A stretch of 44,397 bases of DNA from an uncultured Flavobacteriaceae bacterium (GTDB taxonomy: Bacteria > Bacteroidota > Bacteroidia > AKYH767-A > OLB10). Below the pieces are notes generated by a model. That model did no database searches. It was not told the origin of the DNA and saw only the letters and a program-made list of their open reading frames with translations. Position 1 is the stretch's first letter; every line of letters starts with the position of its first letter. This document shows, one piece after another, positions 9,220 to 17,917 of this stretch. The DNA is taken from contig CAZPKJ010000003.1 in assembly GCA_964587075.1 (NCBI GenBank), forward strand, positions 1 to 44,397, given 5' to 3'. A program made the translations under genes and the position numbers.

Positions 9220-10551
9220 CTATACCGCTCGTTTAACTGGAAATGTAATAATTACAGTAGATCCCTTCATTGGTTTTGAAACCATTTGCAGTCCAAGTTT
9301 ATGAAAATCGGCAATAGTTTTTACAATGGGTAAGCCAAGTCCGTAACCCTGTTCGTCGTTAGCATTGAACCGTTTGAACCGGTCGAAAATATTTTCAAGC
9401 TGTGATTCCTCAATTCCGATTCCTGTATCTTCAATTTCGATAATATAATCGTCGACACCTTCCATACCCCGGATGAACAGGTTACCGCCAATATTATTAT
9501 ACCGGATAGCGTTATTGATCAGGTTAAAAAGCATGGTAAATAAAAGCGACCGGTTGCAAGGTCCGAACATCTTTACAGGCTCAAAACTTTTTATTATACT
9601 TATTTTTTTCTCCTCCGTTAATTCATGTAACTCCTCCAGCACTTCGTCAACCAGTTCGGGAATGTGAACCTGGTCCTGTTTGAGATACTGGTCGTTCTCT
9701 ATTTTAGAAATCATCAATAAAGCTTTGATAATTTTACTCAACCGCTTCAGCGTTTTGAGCGAATCAATAACTTTATTCTCGAATTCAACCGGCACAATGT
9801 TGCCAATGATCATATTTTCAAGGCGGCTTTGCAGGATCGAAATGGGAGTAAGCAGTTCATGGGCTACATTTGCGATAAACTCCTTTTCAATCAGAAAAGC
9901 GTCTTTTGTTTTACGCATAAGTTCATTGATACTCCGGTCGAGATAATTGAATTCCCAGGTACTAGTTTTAACAGGCTCAAAATTATAGTTGGCGGGATTT
10001 CGGGGCAGCTGTAGTTTTTGCTTAACAATTTTATTAAAGGGTTTAAGCATAAGCCTGGCAAATCCAATATCAATAAATACCGAAACAACAATAAATAAAA
10101 TCATCAGAGTTAAACTGAACTGAACAATTATCTTATTCAACTGCTCAATAGTACTCAGGCCTTCGCCAATGCTCAATTGATAAATCTGGTTATCATAAAC
10201 AAAAGCCTGCCTGATTATGCGGTGGTTTAAGCGATCGCCCCCAACATCCCACTCTTCATTTGAAATAAACGATTCAGGCGGATGCTGATCGTTACGAAGG
10301 GGAATAATGGAAACGAATTCTTCTTTGAGGATGTTATAGCTCTCAAAGCTGCAGTCCTGCTCCATGATAATTTCATTGATACCTCCCTTGCTGATAATTT
10401 TCAGTACACGGTCGGTACGGGCAATCAGTCGTTTGTCGATGTGGTCATACACAACCTGTTCAACAATAAGAGGCATCAGAAACCCGAAAGCGGCAATGAT
10501 AATTCCTTTCGAAAGCGCGTTGTATATAGCTAATTTTACCTGAAGTTTCAT
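9220..10551 (-). CDS. sensor histidine kinase
   Basis: Two TM segments flanking a roughly 110 aa periplasmic region. H-box VAHELLTPISIL, N-box LINNAIRYN, G1 IEDTGIGI, G2 GYGLGLPIV. Confidence 0.9.
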   Translation of the reverse strand: MKLQVKLAIYNALSKGIIIAAFGFLMPLIVEQVVYDHIDKRLIARTDRVLKIISKGGINEIIMEQDCSFESYNILKEEFVSIIPLRNDQHPPESFISNEEWDVGGDRLNHRIIRQAFVYDNQIYQLSIGEGLSTIEQLNKIIVQFSLTLMILFIVVSVFIDIGFARLMLKPFNKIVKQKLQLPRNPANYNFEPVKTSTWEFNYLDRSINELMRKTKDAFLIEKEFIANVAHELLTPISILQSRLENMIIGNIVPVEFENKVIDSLKTLKRLSKIIKALLMISKIENDQYLKQDQVHIPELVDEVLEELHELTEEKKISIIKSFEPVKMFGPCNRSLLFTMLFNLINNAIRYNNIGGNLFIRGMEGVDDYIIEIEDTGIGIEESQLENIFDRFKRFNANDEQGYGLGLPIVKTIADFHKLGLQMVSKPMKGSTVIITFPVKRAV

Positions 10552-10552
10552 G

Positions 10553-11227
10553 TTACTGGTTGTACCGGTATCCTATCCCTCTTACAGTTTCTAGCCAATC
10601 GGTAGGTGCATGGGCGCCTAATTTTTTACGAAGATTCTTAATGTGAACATCAATGTAGTTGGAGTCGTAATCATCTTCCATAACGTCGCCCCATATATGC
10701 TCGGTGAGCTGCATTCGGGTAAGAACCCTGTTTTTATGGAGTGCCAGATAATGGAGCAAATCAAACTCCTTTTTTGTCAGATTCACCGGATCATCATTAT
10801 GATGTACGGTACGGTTATTAATATCAATAATGAATTCCCCAACCTGCATGGTATTTGAAGTGAGTCCGTGGCGCCTGCGGGTGATTGCCTGCATCCGGGC
10901 GTGCAGCTCCATCAGTGAAAATGGTTTGGCCAGGTAGTCGTCGGCACCTAGGTCGAGCCCTTTAATTTTGTCGTCGGTTTCACTGCGGGCGGTAAGAATG
11001 ATAAAAGCAGGGTCGCGGTTAGCTTCCTTTGCCTCCTTAAGCAAATCGAATCCGCTGTAATCGGGCAACCCCAAATCGAGCAGCACAAAATCATAGTTGT
11101 TTACAAAAATTTTTTCCGATGCCGACGCTCCGTTGAATGCTACATCACAATTATATCCCTGTTTGGTCAGAAATAGTTCAATTTCGTGCGACAGGCTTTT
11201 TTCATCTTCTACAATCAATACGTTCAT
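10553..11227 (-). CDS. OmpR/PhoB-family response regulator
   Basis: Receiver domain (VLLDLGLPD, phospho-Asp context) plus a winged-helix C-terminus (TVRGIGYRY). Its stop abuts the kinase start. Confidence 0.9.
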   Translation of the reverse strand: MNVLIVEDEKSLSHEIELFLTKQGYNCDVAFNGASASEKIFVNNYDFVLLDLGLPDYSGFDLLKEAKEANRDPAFIILTARSETDDKIKGLDLGADDYLAKPFSLMELHARMQAITRRRHGLTSNTMQVGEFIIDINNRTVHHNDDPVNLTKKEFDLLHYLALHKNRVLTRMQLTEHIWGDVMEDDYDSNYIDVHIKNLRKKLGAHAPTDWLETVRGIGYRYNQ

Positions 11228-11305
11228 ATCTGAATATTAAATTAATGATCCTGCTGACCAGGCTGGTCGGTTCTGAAATCATTCAGCTCAGCCCGGGGCC
11301 GAAAA

Positions 11306-12508
11306 TCAGACTTTTTGTTCCGACAAAACATTCCCGATAGCATTCAAAATAATCCCGCAGCCCATGAAGATTTGATGATCTTCAATTATTAAGGGTGGTG
11401 CAATCCGCATTTTATGTGGTGCAAACAGGAACCAATCGGTAAATACCCCCTGGTTTATACATTCGGCAATAATTGCTTTGTTTATCTGCTCATTTTCAAA
11501 TTCAACAGCCAGGTGCAATCCCTTTCCTGAAACAGCTTTTATAGCAGGGTGAACCAGTTTCTCCCTGAAAAGTTTACCTTTTCTGGTCACTTCATCTCCC
11601 GAAAGGGTATCCAGCACCCGCAAAGCCGCTAATCCCGCCGCAGCGGAAACCGGATGACCGCCAAACGTGGTGATATGGCCCAAAACGGGATTATCGATAA
11701 GTGATTTCATGATGTGACCCGGCGAGATAAAAGCACCCAACGGCATGCCGCCACCCAAACTTTTAGCCAGAACAAGAATATCGGGTTTGATTTCGTGATA
11801 CATGAATGCCATAAAGCGGCCTGTTCGTCCCAATCCGGTTTGAATTTCATCCATTACCAACAGGGTGCCTGTCGAATGACATCGGGCAGCCAGGGCTTCC
11901 AAATAGCCCTCTGAGGGGATCACCGCCCCTGCTTCTCCCTGAACAGGCTCAACTATTACACAGGCTGTCGACCGTGTAATTTGGCTGATATCATCCAAAG
12001 AATTGTAATTAAGGTGTCGTATCCCCGGCAACAAGGGCCTGAACGCATTTCGGAAATACTCGGAACCAATGATGCTGAGGGCACCCTGGGTACTGCCATG
12101 ATAAGCGTTATTGAAAGCAATAATCTCATGTCGTCCCGTATATCGCTTGGCTAATTTCATAGCCCCTTCTATGGCTTCAGAGCCTGAATTAACGAAGTAA
12201 CAGTTATTGAGATGTGCCGGAAGGCGTGATAACAGTTCTTTGGCAAATTCAACCTGCGGTGATTGAACCAGCTCTCCGTACACCATCAGGTGAAGGTATT
12301 TTTCACTCTGCAATTTGATAGCGCTGATAACTTCGGGATGGCAATGGCCAACATTACTGACAGCAATACCCGAAATCAGATCAAGCCACTGTTTTCCACC
12401 GGGACCATACATAAAAACACCCTCTGCACTTTCTACTTCAAGTAATAAGGGTGAATCGCTGGTTTGAGCCAGATAGTTTAAGAAAACTTCCCGTTGTGAA
12501 ACACTCAT
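11306..12508 (-). CDS. class-III PLP-dependent aminotransferase (acetylornithine/ornithine aminotransferase-like)
   Basis: SGSEAIEGAMKLAKR, DEIQTGLGRTG, and LAKSLGGGMPLGA containing the PLP lysine. Confidence 0.85.
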   Translation of the reverse strand: MSVSQREVFLNYLAQTSDSPLLLEVESAEGVFMYGPGGKQWLDLISGIAVSNVGHCHPEVISAIKLQSEKYLHLMVYGELVQSPQVEFAKELLSRLPAHLNNCYFVNSGSEAIEGAMKLAKRYTGRHEIIAFNNAYHGSTQGALSIIGSEYFRNAFRPLLPGIRHLNYNSLDDISQITRSTACVIVEPVQGEAGAVIPSEGYLEALAARCHSTGTLLVMDEIQTGLGRTGRFMAFMYHEIKPDILVLAKSLGGGMPLGAFISPGHIMKSLIDNPVLGHITTFGGHPVSAAAGLAALRVLDTLSGDEVTRKGKLFREKLVHPAIKAVSGKGLHLAVEFENEQINKAIIAECINQGVFTDWFLFAPHKMRIAPPLIIEDHQIFMGCGIILNAIGNVLSEQKV

Positions 12509-12563
12509 ATTGTATTACCGGATTCAGGTGGCATATGAAAAGGAATCACCCGAAGATAGTATA

Positions 12564-12592
12564 AAATAAAAAAACGGGGGCTGTCCCCCGTT
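12564..12592 (-). terminator. rho-independent terminator of the ECF sigma operon
   Basis: On the minus strand: AACGGGGG-ACAG-CCCCCGTT followed by TTTTTTATTTT. Confidence 0.8.
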
Positions 12593-12616
12593 CACAAAAC
12601 TAATCCGGTGATTTAC

Positions 12617-13117
12617 TTATTTCCGGCCGGGCCGGCTGCCATTCATATTACCCTGACGCTTTTCCCTGGCCATGTTCAGCAGTTCGCGCTTGAATTCATC
12701 TTCTAACCGATGCAGCCGCGCAAGTTTTTTCATGGGTAATGTTTGTTTGAGCTGCGCCTGATACTTTTTCATCACATCTACTTCTGCCTGCCTGAAAGTC
12801 ACTTCACTATCGAATAGTTTTTCATATTCCTTATCCGAAAGCGTACCGGTGTCGTCGCGCAAAGCTTTCGTTTCTTCCCTTCTGTTTTCGCGGATTTTAT
12901 GTAACTCATCCTGGAACTGATTGTATACCGGCCAGAAAGTAGTGGCTTCATCAGAGGTTAAGTCGAGTTTACGGGTAAAGAATGCTACTTTGAGCGATTC
13001 CACCTTTTCTCTCATTTCGGGAGTCATGCGTGCGGGTGGTCCCTGGTGTGGTTGTGCCTGGGTCGCAATGGTCCATATGCAGAACAGGGCTACGATACTT
13101 GTGGTTATCTTTTTCAT
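12617..13117 (-). CDS. periplasmic helical protein, Spy/CpxP-like (third gene of the ECF sigma operon)
   Basis: Signal peptide MKKITTSIVALFCIWTIATQA, then a K/E/R-rich helical sequence. Overlaps the upstream gene by 4 nt (ATGA). Confidence 0.55.
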   Translation of the reverse strand: MKKITTSIVALFCIWTIATQAQPHQGPPARMTPEMREKVESLKVAFFTRKLDLTSDEATTFWPVYNQFQDELHKIRENRREETKALRDDTGTLSDKEYEKLFDSEVTFRQAEVDVMKKYQAQLKQTLPMKKLARLHRLEDEFKRELLNMAREKRQGNMNGSRPGRK

Positions 13118-13590
13118 AATTCATTAATTATTAGTGATATATCTGTGTCATTTTCAATCAAATAATTATTGATTGATTGATCATTATCCGGAATGGCGTT
13201 ACCACTCGAATCGATTTGTGTGGTCTGAAAATAGTGTTCGATAAGGAGGCGGTTTTCGAAATCGTATACAAGGCCCGAATTAAGCAATTCATCGTACGAA
13301 AATGCCTGTTGCTGCATTCGGCTTCCACTGTTATCGCTGAAAAAATACCAGCCTGAAATCAGTAACACAACCGACATTACAGCAGCAATTGAAATCTTTG
13401 CGAAACCACTTATCCCAAATACCGATGACGGCTGCCGGTTTTGCTCAAGCCTGTTTATAATTTGCAGGGGAAGGTTATCAAAATAAGCGGGAGGTGTTTG
13501 AAAAACCTCATTTTTGGGAATATTCTTTTCCCAACCGGTATTTTCAGGATTTGCACCCGGACCCTCAGTATTGGAGTTTTTGTGTTTCAT
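13114..13590 (-). CDS. putative anti-sigma factor (single-pass membrane protein)
   Basis: 158 aa with one TM segment (ISIAAVMSVVLLISGWYFF). The position immediately downstream of an ECF sigma gene is the only functional evidence. Confidence 0.45.
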   Translation of the reverse strand: MKHKNSNTEGPGANPENTGWEKNIPKNEVFQTPPAYFDNLPLQIINRLEQNRQPSSVFGISGFAKISIAAVMSVVLLISGWYFFSDNSGSRMQQQAFSYDELLNSGLVYDFENRLLIEHYFQTTQIDSSGNAIPDNDQSINNYLIENDTDISLIINEL

Positions 13591-13656
13591 GTTATTCAGA
13601 TGCTAAAAAGTATCAATGGTTTAATATGTAGTTCCGGCTTGGGCGAAGCTTGTTTA

Positions 13657-14192
13657 TTATTCGGCTCCGGTTACAGCCTTTTTAATTTTTAATACCGCAT
13701 GGTGATATGAGGCTTTTAATGCCCCTACCGATGTTCCAAGTATTTCCGACATGTCCGCATATTGAAAACAATCCTTTGCTTTTCGGGTAACCCGAGTATG
13801 GCTTGCTGTAATTTTAACTGCAATGCATCGGCGCTGAACAACGGGTCATTGGAAAGTTGCTGCGACAATTTATGTTCTACATCGGTTAACGGGATAAAAA
13901 ATTTAGTTCTTTTTCTCTTCAAGAACGTAAGCGATTCGTTTGTAGCAATACGGTAAATCCAGGTGAAAAATTTAGAATCTTCCCTAAAACCGGAAAGTCC
14001 TGACCAGGCTTTGATAAATGTGTTTTGAACTACATCATTGGCATCGTCATGATCAATTACCATGCGCCTGACGTGAAAGTAAACTTTCTTCTGGTATTTT
14101 TTTACAAGGAGGTTAAAGGCGTAATTCGGATTTTCACCCGACTGAAACAACTCAATCAGCTCATGGTCGGAGTAAGCGGTGTCATTCTCCAT
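13657..14192 (-). pseudogene. ECF-type sigma-70 factor disrupted by a frameshifting deletion in region 4
   Basis: Region 2 is intact (DANDVVQNTFIKAW, FFTWIYRIATNESL). Region 4 begins LPEKQRIVFNMR, then the frame runs to a stop at 13725. The rest of region 4 (MSEILGTSVGALKASYHHAVLKIKKAV, stop 13657-13659) is readable in another frame, starting 2 nt after the Arg codon. About 9 expected codons are missing at the junction 13746-13757. ATG 14192 is preferred over the track start 14288, which overlaps the transketolase gene. Confidence 0.6.
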
Positions 14193-14229
14193 TTCACTTG
14201 CGGGAACGAGCCGTGGCGGGTCTGCTTCA

Positions 14230-15192
14230 CTATGAGGCGTTTTTTCTTTCAATGACGGCTTTTGCTTTGCTGACAATATCGGGGGCATCCAGTCCGTATT
14301 TTACAAGTAGTTTCTCGGGTGTTCCGCTTTCGCCGAAGGAATCATTCACCGCTACCATTTCCTGGTGCGACGGAAGGTGCATGGCCAATACCTGAGCTAC
14401 GGCATCACCCAGTCCCCCATTCCGCTGGTGTTCTTCGGCCGTTACAACACAATTTGTTTTACGCACCGACTCTATGACAGCCCGTTCATCCAAAGGTTTA
14501 ATAGTATGCATGTTTATCACTTCGGCACTTATTCCCATGGTTTCGAGCATTTCTGACGCCTGAATGGCTTTCCATACCAGGTGCCCGGCAGCAATAATAG
14601 TTACATCGGTTCCCGGTATCAGGAGTTGGGCCTTGCCTATCTGAAAAGGTTCTGCAGGATCGGTAAACACCGGCCACGACGGACGGCCAAAACGAAGATA
14701 AACGGGCCCCTGGTGCTGCGCAATGGCCAGTGTGGCAAGCCTGGTCTGGTTATAGTCGGCAGGACAAATAACCGTCATACCCGGCAGCATCCGCATCATT
14801 CCTATATCTTCAAGGATCTGATGTGTTGCTCCATCTTCTCCAAGTGTGAGGCCTGCGTGTGATGCGCAAATTTTTACATTCTTCCCTGAATAAGCTATGG
14901 ACTGACGAATCTGATCATAAACGCGGCCAGTTGAAAAATTGGCGAATGTTCCTGTAAATGGAATTTTTCCGCCTATAGTTAAACCGGCGGCAATACCCAT
15001 CATGTTAGCTTCGGCAATACCTACCTGAAAAAACCGGTTTGGAAACTCTTTTTGAAATGCATCCATCTTGAGTGAACCCGTAAGATCGGCACATAAAGCC
15101 ACCACATCAGGATTTGTTCGTCCAAGTTCGAGCAGGCCGGCACCAAAGCCCGAACGGGTATCTTTTTTTTCGGTGAAGGTAAATTTCTTCAT
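14230..15192 (-). CDS. transketolase, C-terminal subunit (pyrimidine-binding plus C-terminal domains)
   Basis: [17 protein letters not shown] start typical of split transketolases; [20 protein letters not shown] 15192 preferred over 15216. Confidence 0.85.
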   Translation of the reverse strand: MKKFTFTEKKDTRSGFGAGLLELGRTNPDVVALCADLTGSLKMDAFQKEFPNRFFQVGIAEANMMGIAAGLTIGGKIPFTGTFANFSTGRVYDQIRQSIAYSGKNVKICASHAGLTLGEDGATHQILEDIGMMRMLPGMTVICPADYNQTRLATLAIAQHQGPVYLRFGRPSWPVFTDPAEPFQIGKAQLLIPGTDVTIIAAGHLVWKAIQASEMLETMGISAEVINMHTIKPLDERAVIESVRKTNCVVTAEEHQRNGGLGDAVAQVLAMHLPSHQEMVAVNDSFGESGTPEKLLVKYGLDAPDIVSKAKAVIERKNAS

Positions 15193-15387
15193 AATTGCAG
15201 AGGGAGATGTTAACATGGGTGGTTATTGATAATTTTATTTTATGACAGGACCTTAATAATGCTTTACTTCATGAACCATAAATATACAACATACTATTAT
15301 TGGTTCTTATTATTTCTGACTGAATTGAGGAAGTTTATAATCTCACTGAATTAATTTTAAATCTTTTTCCTTCAACTTTTAAATGGT

Positions 15388-16767
15388 TTAGTGTAACGTA
15401 ACATTTTGTGAAACCCCTGAAGTAATTCGAAACGATTTTTCGATAGTATATTTTGCTTCACGCGCATTTTTGGCCCGGTATACAACACGGTATTTACCGG
15501 GCATAAGAATAATGCTTTCTTTACTTTTATCCGAATCGAGGTTGTAAATGTGTTTCAGGTTATTCCCATCTTCTACGTAAATACTGCCATAGCCAGGTCC
15601 GTTGGAAACAATATTGGCAATACCCGGATTGGGTATTTGTACCGTAGTGGTTTTACTTTGTGAAATATCGACATCCGAAATATACATCCGCGGAAGCGAA
15701 AGAATTTCGAGATCATATTTTCCAATCAGGTATCTGGAGGAAGTGTTGAAATCCTGTACAACCAGGGTATTCAAATCGCCTTTACGTCTCACAATGCACT
15801 TGAGGTTCCTGTATTCGCTGAGACCATCGAATTTTAGGTAGAGATCGCCCTGACCGGCATCAATACCTGCTATAGTATGTTTACCAGCCGTGAGTGTAAC
15901 AGAGTCGATAAAAACCGGGGGTACCGTGTGAGCAACAATCCGGTACCTGCTTAACGGATCAATTACCAGCGTATCGGGAAAACCTTTAGGGTTCATGGTA
16001 TGAACAAAATTATATCTGACTGCACCACTAAAGCTGTCATAAAAAGTCATGTTCACATTGGTTTCGGTGGGTCGACCCTTGTCGTCGAGAAGATTTACCT
16101 GTAAGGTTGTATTGTTAAGTGCCTGCGAAATTACCACGTTCATGATAGTAATAAATGAGTTTTCGGTGGCGGCATCATAAAATGTTCCTACGCATTCAAA
16201 TTGTTTTTGCAGTTCACCCGACAGGTTAAGACCAATTACAAAAGGTTTCAGAAATATTCCTTTCTTTTGAAGAGCGAATGAAACGGCACATGGATCACCA
16301 TTACACTCTTCGATACCATCGGTGATGAGAATTATAATATTGCGTGCGTTCAAATCGGGAAAATCGCCTGAACATGCTTCGAGTGACTGAGCAATGGGTG
16401 TTGTTCCACTGGGTTTTATTTCGTTCAGCTTATCTTTGATACGGTATCCGTTAGCTTTCGCGAATGTTACTTCGAGCCGTGTATCGTCGCAATCCTGTGG
16501 CGGGAATTTTTTTGTGTGGCCATAAACACGTAATGCGGTTTCTACATTTGGCAGCATATGCAGGCTGTCAACAATATCGGACAACAGCTTTTTGGCGATT
16601 TCGAATTTTGTATTGGATTCCCACCTGCCAAACATACTTTGTGAAGCATCAAATAAAAATAATATTCTCGTGGTTTGTTGTTGGGGAGCAGTAACCTCAG
16701 GCCTTTTTTGCGTGAAGGCCGTGGCCGGGATTAAAAACAATATGAATATTAATGCTAACCGGTGCAA
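15388..16767 (-). CDS. secreted VWA domain protein with a beta-rich C-terminal half
   Basis: Signal peptide. Complete MIDAS (LFLFDASQSM, SGTTPIA, ILITDGIE). The only in-frame start is TTG at 16767. Confidence 0.8.
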   Translation of the reverse strand: MHRLALIFILFLIPATAFTQKRPEVTAPQQQTTRILFLFDASQSMFGRWESNTKFEIAKKLLSDIVDSLHMLPNVETALRVYGHTKKFPPQDCDDTRLEVTFAKANGYRIKDKLNEIKPSGTTPIAQSLEACSGDFPDLNARNIIILITDGIEECNGDPCAVSFALQKKGIFLKPFVIGLNLSGELQKQFECVGTFYDAATENSFITIMNVVISQALNNTTLQVNLLDDKGRPTETNVNMTFYDSFSGAVRYNFVHTMNPKGFPDTLVIDPLSRYRIVAHTVPPVFIDSVTLTAGKHTIAGIDAGQGDLYLKFDGLSEYRNLKCIVRRKGDLNTLVVQDFNTSSRYLIGKYDLEILSLPRMYISDVDISQSKTTTVQIPNPGIANIVSNGPGYGSIYVEDGNNLKHIYNLDSDKSKESIILMPGKYRVVYRAKNAREAKYTIEKSFRITSGVSQNVTLH

Positions 16768-16823
16768 TGGATCGGTATGTTTGGTTAATTGTCGGATAAA
16801 ATTTTTGTTGATTTATGTGTATA

Positions 16824-17669
16824 TTAATAATCACCAATAGTCTCAGGCAATTGCGCCAATGCCTTTTCAAGTTGTTCATCGTTTGGAGCAATTCCATGCC
16901 ATTTATGTGTACCCATCATAAAATCGACTCCGTTACCCATGACTGTATGCATCACAATAATAACCGGTTTGCCTTTTCCGGTTAACGACTTCGCTGTTGA
17001 CATGGTGGAAATTATTTCATCCATTTTATTCCCATCCATTTTTAAAACTTCCCAGCCAAATGCTTCAAACTTTTTTCCTATATCACCCATAGGTAATACC
17101 TGATCGGTAGACCCATCTATCTGCTGCCCGTTATAATCGATGGTTGAGATGAGATTGTCAACTTTGTTGGCCGCGGCAAACATGGCAGCTTCCCAAATTT
17201 GCCCTTCCTGCAATTCGCCATCCCCGTGAAGGGAATAAACCATGCTGGCATCGTTGTTAAGTTTTTTGGAAAGGGCCGCTCCAATAGCTACCGACAATCC
17301 CTGCCCGAGAGAGCCGGAAGCAACACGTACACCGGGAAGGTGCTCATGGGTTGCAGGGTGACCCTGTAACCTCGAATCCAGTTTCCTGAACGTTGCCAAC
17401 TCCTTAACTGGAAAGTAGCCCGCTATCCGCGAAAGCGTGCTGTACCAAACCGGTGAAATATGGCCATTTGACAGAAAGAAGAGGTCCTCACCTTTTCCAT
17501 CCATTGAAAAATTTCCCTTTTTATATTGCATCACCTTCCCGTACATAGCTACAAAAAACTCGGTACATCCAAGCGAGCCGCCGGGGTGACCCGATTGAAC
17601 GGCATGCACCATGCGAACAATATCGCGCCTGACCTGGGTTGCAATGCCCTTTAATTCAGATACTTCCAT
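16824..17669 (-). CDS. transketolase, N-terminal (TPP-binding) subunit
   Basis: GHPGGSLG, LSNGH, GSLGQGLS, GDGELQEGQIWEA. Confidence 0.9.
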   Translation of the reverse strand: MEVSELKGIATQVRRDIVRMVHAVQSGHPGGSLGCTEFFVAMYGKVMQYKKGNFSMDGKGEDLFFLSNGHISPVWYSTLSRIAGYFPVKELATFRKLDSRLQGHPATHEHLPGVRVASGSLGQGLSVAIGAALSKKLNNDASMVYSLHGDGELQEGQIWEAAMFAAANKVDNLISTIDYNGQQIDGSTDQVLPMGDIGKKFEAFGWEVLKMDGNKMDEIISTMSTAKSLTGKGKPVIIVMHTVMGNGVDFMMGTHKWHGIAPNDEQLEKALAQLPETIGDY

Positions 17670-17896
17670 AACATTGAGTTATATTTTACAACGCTGTAAA
17701 CTTCGGCAAATTATACCAGATAGCGAATAAGTAGTTATGAACAGTATGTTGAATACTTCTTCATGCCGGTGCCAATGCCCTGGTTTTTGAGCATGAAAGC
17801 TATCTTTATATTTCTTGTAGAAAACAAATGCTTTACAAAATTATCTGAACGGCAATGTAACGCAATTACCACAAATTGCTCTATGCATGTTTGGAT

Positions 17897-17904
17897 TACC
17901 TTTG
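17897..17904 (+). promoter_or_regulatory. candidate -7 box TACCTTTG with -33 TTG at 17876-17878
   Basis: Exact TAnnTTTG match. A TTG lies 18 nt upstream, close to the usual spacing. The box ends 13 nt before the GTG at 17918. Confidence 0.5.
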
Positions 17905-17917
17905 TAAAAAAAACACC

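Noticed and set aside
11256-11268. Palindrome GACCAGgCTGGTC, 29-41 nt upstream of the response-regulator ATG.
   Set aside because: The 1-nt spacer is too short for a hairpin. OmpR-family regulators usually bind direct rather than inverted repeats. A single 6-bp inverted repeat is expected by chance at this scale.
17670-17917. A possible TPP riboswitch or other leader RNA upstream of the transketolase N-subunit, in the 248-bp divergent spacer. Two short ORFs (62 and 85 aa) are also listed there.
   Set aside because: I could not find the conserved TPP-riboswitch core (CUGAGA / ACCUGAUCUGGAUAAUGCCAGCG-like). The short ORFs have implausible composition and overlap the likely mutS2 promoter.
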